The notes under the pieces: model-generated
Databases searched by the model: none
What the model saw: the letters and a program-made list of their open reading frames with translations, nothing else
What the model was told of the DNA's origin: nothing
From: a virus
Taxonomy: Duplodnaviria > Caudoviricetes
Reading direction: 5' to 3' (one strand)
IMG/VR virus record: IMGVR_UViG_3300008255_003926
Span: 1 to 27,649 of that record
Length of the DNA: 27,649 nucleotides
Position numbers and translations under genes: made by a program
Shown: one piece after another, positions 1 through 6,081 of the stretch
Layout: the number at the start of each line of letters is the position of its first letter
Numbering within the stretch: position 1 is the stretch's first letter

Positions 1-125
1 AAGATATTGAAGGGGAATGCATTGAAAAGATAAAGATATTGAAGGGGAATGCATTGAAAAGATAAAGATATTGAAGGGGAATGCATTGAAAAGATAAAGA
101 TATTGAAGGGGAATGCATTGAAAGA
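1..125. repeat. Tandem direct repeat, 32-bp unit AAGATATTGAAGGGGAATGCATTGAAAAGATA, three full copies plus a near-complete fourth; may continue left of the window
   Basis: Identical units at 1-32, 33-64 and 65-96. The fourth starts at 97 and ends ...ATTGAAAGA (one A short) at 125. There are no unique spacers. Confidence 0.97.
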
Positions 126-133
126 CTTGGAAA

Positions 134-264
134 AACCGGCGGGGTTGATTCTAGTAAGTACACTCTACGAACGTATAGGGCTATACGACGAATTCTATGA
201 GTGAACCTAATATTGCCTCCCGGGGGCGCCCGCTCGAGTGCCTCTTAATAATATCTAAGCCGTT
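134..264 (+). ncRNA. Candidate structured RNA or leader (unassigned)
   Basis: Perfect inverted repeat CGTATAG-GG-CTATACG (172-187). CACTC (161-165) can pair with GAGTG at 199-203 or 236-240. Outer complementarity: CGGC 137-140/GCCG 259-262 and TAAG 155-158/CTTA 244-247. Directly followed by a terminator. Confidence 0.3.
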
Positions 265-294
265 GGAACGGGGTTCGCGCCCCGTTCCTTTTTT
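265..294 (+). terminator. Rho-independent terminator
   Basis: GGAACGGGG-TTCGCG-CCCCGTTCC, a perfect 9-bp stem followed by TTTTTT. Confidence 0.85.
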
Positions 295-357
295 AATTCA
301 CTTCCATATTAAGTGCAAGCTCTCTAGATAGCTTACTGCCTGTCTATCAAGAATTTT

Positions 358-385
358 GCCGCCATTAAATTATGTTAAGGGCGGC
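358..385. promoter_or_regulatory. Inverted repeat upstream of the first pilin-like gene (possible operator or hairpin)
   Basis: GCCGCC-A-TTAA-attatg-TTAA-G-GGCGGC, 40 bp upstream of the ATG at 426. Confidence 0.35.
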
Positions 386-425
386 GTAAAGTCGATATTA
401 TTGATAGTGGAACGGGAGGTGTGGT

Positions 426-1628
426 ATGAGTAGGATTCAAGCGGGGTTCACTCTCATAGAGCTGCTGGTCGTGATTGTAATTATAGGTATCCTTGCGGCT
501 ATAGCTCTCCCCAACTTTATCAAAGCAAAAACGAAGGCGAAGGAGGCTGAAACAAAAAGCTGTCTTCGCTCCATTCAGATCGCGACCGAAAGGTATGCCG
601 TCGATTCCGGCGGAACGTATCCTCCATACCTGATCGGCGGAGATGTGTCCGGCTGGGCCGCCTGGCATGTGGATAAAGATGTGCATCCTTCGTATAAACA
701 GGCGCACGGCAATTCGTCGCCGTCGTTCCCCGATTTCGTGATAGATCCCCTGATTCACTTCTGCTATATCGAGGGGTATCCGAAGAATCCGTTTGTCGAC
801 GATGGGAGCATTATTTCTCAGGGGACGCTGGATCCCGATACCGGGAGGGGCGACCCGCGCTTCGGCTTACGCGGCAATATAATGGGCAATGGATTGGACG
901 ATCCAATGTTCTATGGCCGGAGCGAGGCATACGAGCTCGCGCCGGTTAAGATGATGGACTTCGCTCTCACTCTGCCCGATGCCGAGAATCTTGGTTTCCC
1001 TGATTGGACGACCGATCCGCAGGGCGTACATTATATGTTCGGCGGACGGCGGAATCCGAATGGCGGCGAGCCGTTACAATGCTGGTGGCCCGGTAATTTC
1101 TTTTACCGCGCAGGATGGAAAACGACCAAAAATTTGGACGGTTGCGGGATAGGTATCCCCGGCCATGCCGCATACAGGACCGGACCGGATACGTATATGC
1201 TTGGCGCTTATGGAAGCTATGACTCCGACGGGATGGATATAATCAGGCTCGAGAGTACATACGCAAACGGGGCCGAATTATTTTACAGAATGCCGGAGCC
1301 CTGGAATATCAATGCCAATATAAACGGGGCGACAACCGTAAAAGTAGGGGTCTGGGTTTCCGGCTCAAAGCTGAATGATCCCACGGGAGACTGGGGTGAC
1401 GCGAGAGGTATCCCCGAATGCTACGGAGGATGGTGGGCCGGGTATTTGAGCGACGGGGAAAGTGGACTGAATCCCGAGCCAAGCTGGCCATATTACAATT
1501 TTCACAGCACCGAGGGCATCGAATGGGCTTATGGCTGCCCCGATGGCATAGGCGATGGGATTATTCTGTGCCTTACTCCGGATGGTGCTTTCAAACCGGA
1601 GACCCAAAACTGGGATCTCAATTTCTGA
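426..1628 (+). CDS. Large type IV prepilin / type II secretion pseudopilin-like protein (400 aa), paralogue 1
   Basis: Class III signal peptide MSRIQAG|FTLIELLVVIVIIGILAAIALP (G-1, F+1, E+5, hydrophobic helix). GspG/PilA-like helix KAKEAETKSCLRSIQIATERYAVD..G.YP. RBS GGGAGGT before the ATG. Confidence 0.9.
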   Translation: MSRIQAGFTLIELLVVIVIIGILAAIALPNFIKAKTKAKEAETKSCLRSIQIATERYAVDSGGTYPPYLIGGDVSGWAAWHVDKDVHPSYKQAHGNSSPSFPDFVIDPLIHFCYIEGYPKNPFVDDGSIISQGTLDPDTGRGDPRFGLRGNIMGNGLDDPMFYGRSEAYELAPVKMMDFALTLPDAENLGFPDWTTDPQGVHYMFGGRRNPNGGEPLQCWWPGNFFYRAGWKTTKNLDGCGIGIPGHAAYRTGPDTYMLGAYGSYDSDGMDIIRLESTYANGAELFYRMPEPWNINANINGATTVKVGVWVSGSKLNDPTGDWGDARGIPECYGGWWAGYLSDGESGLNPEPSWPYYNFHSTEGIEWAYGCPDGIGDGIILCLTPDGAFKPETQNWDLNF

Positions 1629-1674
1629 ATTTCAAGCTTTATTCTACACCAAGCTTATAGGAGGTGACGGTGCT

Positions 1675-2388
1675 ATGAATAGGCTGTTGTATCTTGTTCT
1701 TTCCCTTGTTTTACTTCTGGCGTCTTGTGCTTGCTCATTGAGCGAGGATACGTGTTTATGGATGCGTGGAAGCGTTTTAGCGATTACGGATAACACCTGT
1801 AATTCCCGTGGTACCGCTTTTATAACCGAGGTTAATGGCGATCGGGTCATTATGACCGCTAAGCATATAGTAGACTGTCGACTGGATTTGAAAACGACAG
1901 CATTGGCGAACTTGCTGGGTAATAGAATAAACGCGTCAATTGACGTGACCGATGGAAATAGCAATATCTATAATTGTTCGATTTTGAGTTGGACCGACGA
2001 GCACGATGTTTATAAATATCCGGAGGATGATTGGGTGATACTCGATTGTCCGGCGGAGTTGAAAGATCTGCCCGCCCTTAAACTGGCGGAATCGGAGCCT
2101 TTTGTTGGAGAAATCGTCTTTTGGGCAGGGTATCCCGATTCGGATTGCGGTGCGGTGGTCGAAGAGACAAGAACGGGAGACTGGATTTCGAATCATTATC
2201 AGCGCCGGTTGTCGTCCATATGCGGGCCTGGATCGTCCGGTTCGCCGGTTTATGATGTCAGTCTTGGGTTGGTTGGTATTATTACTATGCATACATCGGA
2301 AACAGGCCATGGAATTATGTTGAATATCCCTTTCGTCAAAGAGAAAATAGAAGCCGAGTATATCCGAGATATGCAGGGGAGATTCTGA
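1675..2388 (+). CDS. Trypsin-like (S1-type) serine protease, probable lipoprotein (237 aa)
   Basis: ATG at 1675 follows RBS GGAGGTG, preferred over the track start at 1555, which overlaps the upstream gene. Signal peptide MNRLLYLVLSLVLLLASC has a lipobox-like LASC. Triad motifs TAKHIV (His), DDWVIL (Asp) and GPGSSGSPV (Ser), followed by LVGII. Confidence 0.88.
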   Translation: MNRLLYLVLSLVLLLASCACSLSEDTCLWMRGSVLAITDNTCNSRGTAFITEVNGDRVIMTAKHIVDCRLDLKTTALANLLGNRINASIDVTDGNSNIYNCSILSWTDEHDVYKYPEDDWVILDCPAELKDLPALKLAESEPFVGEIVFWAGYPDSDCGAVVEETRTGDWISNHYQRRLSSICGPGSSGSPVYDVSLGLVGIITMHTSETGHGIMLNIPFVKEKIEAEYIRDMQGRF

Positions 2389-2395
2389 ATGAATC

Positions 2396-3433
2396 ATGAA
2401 AACGAAACAGGGAGGTTTTACTCTTATTGAGCTATTGGTGGTCATTACCATCATCGGCATTTTGGCGGCGCTGGCTTTGCCTCAGCTAGTTCGAGCCAAG
2501 CAGAAAGCTAAAGAAGCGGAAGTTAAATCCAATCTGCACTCGATTCAGATAGCACTGGAGAGATACGCAACGGACCATTCGGGCCAGTATCCGGCATATA
2601 TTTTTGGTGGCGATTTGAGAATTTATACCGACGGATATTATTCGGAAAATGGATGCCCAAAGGATTCTCTTATCCAGTATGGGTATGTGTCAAGCTATCC
2701 TAAAAATCCGTTTACCGATGGGAGAGAAGTAATCGATTGGACGGGTTCTTGGGGCATACCCGGCACGACCGACTTGCGGTTCGGATGGAATGGCACGGTT
2801 ATGGGGAACGGCTTCGATGATCCCCGGTATTTCTGGGGATTTCACGACGGTATCCCATATTTGACGCATATGTGGTATAGTGGAGCTTATCCGGAGAATC
2901 CTGTCGGATGCTTGCGCTATTGTTGGGGAGGGAAGCCCGTACCCGATAGGAAAGGCGACAGCGCGTGGGGTATTGTTTACACGGATAGCGTGGATTCCCC
3001 GACGATGGTCGTCGACTGGCCCGGCAACTTCGGCTATCGCTCCGCCGGCAGAGTCATTCCTTCTTCCATTTGGATAGATAAAAGTATCTGGGACTTTCCG
3101 TATATAGAGATAACTACATATATGTTGTGGGGGTACGGCGCGGAAAATTGCCCGGGCTTCGATGTTGTCAGGATAACGTCGGAAGAAGGGCACTGGATGC
3201 TTAATAGTGACGGGTTTGGAAAAGACTTAACGACCGGAAAATCCTGTTATTATTCTAATAGTGGAGTGGTATATTCTCATCCGGAGACATTTGGGGGCGG
3301 GGGACTTGGTAAAATGCCGGTTTTCCCGCCTTATGACTACGGAAAACATGAGTTTCTCTACGGTGCTCCGGATGGGCGGTACGATGGAGTGATATTGGTA
3401 CTGACTCCATCGGGCGGTATACGTACCTGGTAA
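2396..3433 (+). CDS. Large type IV prepilin / pseudopilin-like protein (345 aa), paralogue 2
   Basis: MKTKQGG|FTLIELLVVITIIGILAALALP. Shares ordered blocks with 426-1628: GGD, YPKNPF, RFG..G..MGNG.DDP, WPGNF.YR, YML..YG, YG.PDG..DG.IL.LTP.G. Confidence 0.9.
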   Translation: MKTKQGGFTLIELLVVITIIGILAALALPQLVRAKQKAKEAEVKSNLHSIQIALERYATDHSGQYPAYIFGGDLRIYTDGYYSENGCPKDSLIQYGYVSSYPKNPFTDGREVIDWTGSWGIPGTTDLRFGWNGTVMGNGFDDPRYFWGFHDGIPYLTHMWYSGAYPENPVGCLRYCWGGKPVPDRKGDSAWGIVYTDSVDSPTMVVDWPGNFGYRSAGRVIPSSIWIDKSIWDFPYIEITTYMLWGYGAENCPGFDVVRITSEEGHWMLNSDGFGKDLTTGKSCYYSNSGVVYSHPETFGGGGLGKMPVFPPYDYGKHEFLYGAPDGRYDGVILVLTPSGGIRTW

Positions 3434-3436
3434 AAT

Positions 3437-3736
3437 TTGAGATATGCCTATATAAAATATCTTCGTAGTGAAGAATGGAAGTGTAAGAGGGATATTATTC
3501 TTCAGCGAGACCGGCATCGGTGCCGGCTTTGCGGGTCCAGGAAAAACTTACGCGTCCATCATCTCCATTACAAGACCATATTTAAAGAAGAGGAAGACAA
3601 CTTCGCGGCATTGATTACGGTTTGCGATAAGTGTCACGCGAAGTTACATCGAAAGCGAGGTCGAGAAATTGGCAGAGGAAAAATGGTCCACAGGGCACGA
3701 GCCAGCGTTAAGAGACGACGGAGCAAACGTCGATGA
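3437..3736 (+). CDS. HNH endonuclease (possibly terminase-associated), 99 aa
   Basis: YLRSEEW..KR..ILQRD...CRLCG....LRVHH.HY...LITVCDKCHAKLH, with two CxxC pairs and a beta-beta-alpha-metal His pattern. TTG start. Confidence 0.88.
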   Translation: MRYAYIKYLRSEEWKCKRDIILQRDRHRCRLCGSRKNLRVHHLHYKTIFKEEEDNFAALITVCDKCHAKLHRKRGREIGRGKMVHRARASVKRRRSKRR

Positions 3737-4364
3737 AGTAATAAGTGTTCCGGTAGTGCCGGGTGAGGGCATAAACGTTCCGGACTTGTACGAACTCGAT
3801 AGGAATTTCGTTGTTCAGCTTTTCCCTCCCGAAGAAGTGGAGAACTTGCCGAAGAATATGAAGCACGGTTTCGCGGCCTCGCTTATTATACAGTGCGGCA
3901 AGGATAAATGCCCGTATTTCGATGCCTGCCCTTATAGGGATCGAGTCGATGAAATGCAGGAACGATGTATAGTTGAAATGGAATATGCTATCCAGGCATT
4001 TACCGGATATGTCAAGCAGCTCAAGGTAAACGCGGATGACCTTCCGAGTATGGTTTTCATAAAAGATTTGGTCTCTATCGACATAAGGTTGGACCGCTTT
4101 CGCCGATGGCAGCAGGTAAACCCGGGAAGTGATTTTCAGCAGGTGGCCGCATCGTTTGATGAAAACGGTCCCGTGGATTGGAAGTGGGAAGCCCATCCCG
4201 TTCATGAGCAGATCGATAAGTTGCTAAAGGCTCGGGAACGCATACTGGACAATATGATGGGTACGAAGAAGAGCAGGAAGGCTACGGCCATAAGAACGGC
4301 GATGGGAAGCCGGCGGGCGCAGGAAATTTTAATCCAGCAGAGGGCTGAGAGGATGGGCAAATAA
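3669..4364 (+). CDS. Cys-cluster phage protein, putative terminase small subunit (231 aa)
   Basis: CGKDKCPYFDACPY...RCIVE cluster, then helical segments and a late HP...(ERILDNMMGTKKSR) motif reminiscent of P27-type TerS. Lies after the HNH gene and upstream of terL. Function is inferred. Confidence 0.5.
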   Translation: MAEEKWSTGHEPALRDDGANVDEVISVPVVPGEGINVPDLYELDRNFVVQLFPPEEVENLPKNMKHGFAASLIIQCGKDKCPYFDACPYRDRVDEMQERCIVEMEYAIQAFTGYVKQLKVNADDLPSMVFIKDLVSIDIRLDRFRRWQQVNPGSDFQQVAASFDENGPVDWKWEAHPVHEQIDKLLKARERILDNMMGTKKSRKATAIRTAMGSRRAQEILIQQRAERMGK

Positions 4365-5401
4365 TGGCCAGTTGGATAGGAACAGCGTGGGGAGCGGTCA
4401 AAGGATCCGGATTCGGGAAGTGGATGGCAAGAACGGGGGCGGCATGGACAAGCATATCGGCGGATATAGGAGCGGCTACAGAAAAAATAGAAGCGGCTGC
4501 CGAACAAGAGGCTATATGGAAGACTCGTTTTACCTTGGTAACACAAACGGGAAATCATCAAATTCGACAGAAACGCTATAAAACGATACTGAGAGAGACG
4601 GGTGTGGAAATACCTCCTAAAACAACAAAAGGTAAAAGAACTAGTCTAAGAGCGGTTGCCGAAAAGGCTGCAAATTCAGCAGGAGAACAGATTAGGTTGG
4701 AAGCGGCTGTCGACTATGTAAACAGCGTTAAGACCAATACCAGATCCGCTGTGGCAAACAAGTTGGGTATAACCCCGAAAATACCTAGTGACTTGTTGCC
4801 GGACTTTGGTGATCCTAATATCAATAAAGCCGTTAAAATGACCGCTGAAACCCAGCTAGCTGGAGGAAGGCAGTCCAAGGGTTTTGGCGGATGGTTGGTA
4901 AATACTCTTATGGGGGGCCAAACCTTTAATAAATCGTCCGCGGAATTTTTCGATGAACAGGTGTTTAAGGTAGCCGAAAAGATGGGGATCAAGCAAGGAG
5001 ATATCACGGCCGATCACATAAAGAGTTGGATAAAGGAAGAAAAAGTATCTACCGCTAGAGCCAATATGTCTTCACTTTGGAGTAATATTTCAGGAACTGG
5101 CGTGCGCGAATTAAAGTCGACGAAAGAGATGTTTCCAATGATGCACAAGGGTATTCAATCCGGTGAGGGATGGAAGCAGGCGGATCTCTTCAAGCCGGTT
5201 GGCCTTGGTCGAGTCTGGGGCCGGCGGGCCGCCTGGACCGGGCTTGTTGCCGGAGGAGTCACCGTATCGGCCGGGATGCGTATTATGCATGAAGAGGAAA
5301 CAATGCCGTATACGGGCGCGATGAACCTAATCGGCACGCCGCCTCCGGCTCCGGATCCACAAATAACCTTGGATGCGTACAGAAATCGTATAGCGTTCTA
5401 A
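4364..5401 (+). CDS. Hypothetical basic, Ala/Gly-rich protein with a C-terminal hydrophobic segment (345 aa)
   Basis: TAATG coupling to the upstream stop. N-terminal W/G-rich amphipathic stretch and C-terminal AAWTGLVAGGVTVSAGM. Confidence 0.8.
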   Translation: MASWIGTAWGAVKGSGFGKWMARTGAAWTSISADIGAATEKIEAAAEQEAIWKTRFTLVTQTGNHQIRQKRYKTILRETGVEIPPKTTKGKRTSLRAVAEKAANSAGEQIRLEAAVDYVNSVKTNTRSAVANKLGITPKIPSDLLPDFGDPNINKAVKMTAETQLAGGRQSKGFGGWLVNTLMGGQTFNKSSAEFFDEQVFKVAEKMGIKQGDITADHIKSWIKEEKVSTARANMSSLWSNISGTGVRELKSTKEMFPMMHKGIQSGEGWKQADLFKPVGLGRVWGRRAAWTGLVAGGVTVSAGMRIMHEEETMPYTGAMNLIGTPPPAPDPQITLDAYRNRIAF

Positions 5402-5418
5402 AGAAAGGATGTTTTGAT

Positions 5419-6081
5419 ATGGGGCTTTTAACTGGGGCTTTGAAATGGATGGGTAAGGCGGCAGGAAAAGCCTTAACCTGGGGCAAAAATTTGTCCGCCA
5501 GCCGAGCCGCCGAAGAATTTATGAGCAGAAATGCGGCGAGAGCGGGCGGCGTGGGAGCCAAAACTCGGTTTGCCGCTGGCTCGGCAGGCGAAGCGACCAA
5601 AAATAAAGCATGGGTTGAGGGGATGTTCGGACCACCAAAGTCCGCCGCCGAAAATGCAAAAAATTTCCCGGGCGCAGGAGCCGTCTCCGGCCTTGCTAAA
5701 AAGCGTATCTTGGGATTCATCGGAGCGGGACTGGGCTTTGGCGCTCTCAGTAGTTTCTTTGATGACGGTTCTCTTGTCGGTGGAGCAGCTCACGGAGCGG
5801 CTACGGCCGGATTATATGCAGCAGCCGGTCCCGGGGCTATCTCATATGATGCTATGAATATATGTGGCGGAATCGCCGCCGGTATTGCCTCGCCGGCTCT
5901 CGGTATCTCCTATAGACAACATATAGATGAAGGGATGATGCAATACCATCCTACGATGTACGACGCGAAATTTGGCGGCAATTTGCGCCGGCGCGCCCTC
6001 GGGCACGCGATAAGTAGTCGGTCGTCGAATCGGTCGTTTTTGGGGTCAGAGGCTACGGAGTTCCATGATGGAGGATATTAA
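5419..6081 (+). CDS. Hypothetical Gly/Ala-rich membrane-type protein (220 aa)
   Basis: RBS AAAGGA. Hydrophobic glycine-zipper-like segments ILGFIGAGLGFGALSSFF and GGAAHGAATAGLYAAAG. Confidence 0.8.
   Translation: MGLLTGALKWMGKAAGKALTWGKNLSASRAAEEFMSRNAARAGGVGAKTRFAAGSAGEATKNKAWVEGMFGPPKSAAENAKNFPGAGAVSGLAKKRILGFIGAGLGFGALSSFFDDGSLVGGAAHGAATAGLYAAAGPGAISYDAMNICGGIAAGIASPALGISYRQHIDEGMMQYHPTMYDAKFGGNLRRRALGHAISSRSSNRSFLGSEATEFHDGGY

Noticed and set aside
1-125. CRISPR array
   Set aside because: Units are head-to-tail identical with no unique spacers and no cas genes. Only the ATTGAAA(A)G ending is CRISPR-like.
265-288. tRNA or tmRNA 3' end (GGGGTTCGCGCCCC resembles a T-arm)
   Set aside because: No acceptor stem, D-arm, anticodon arm or CCA. 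The hairpin is followed by a T-run and is better explained as a terminator.
1633-1656. CAAGCTT repeated twice between pilin 1 and the protease gene
   Set aside because: Too short and AT-rich to support a terminator or binding-site call.
1555-1674. N-terminal 40 aa of the protease ORF as given in the track
   Set aside because: It overlaps the pilin gene. The ATG at 1675 has a strong RBS and starts a proper signal peptide.
426-3433. Diversity-generating retroelement or shufflon acting on the pilin paralogues
   Set aside because: No reverse transcriptase, invertase or near-identical TR/VR pair with adenine-specific differences was seen. The paralogues differ throughout, including indels.
426-3433. 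Complete type IV pilus or type II secretion operon
   Set aside because: No ATPase, platform protein, secretin or prepilin peptidase in the window.
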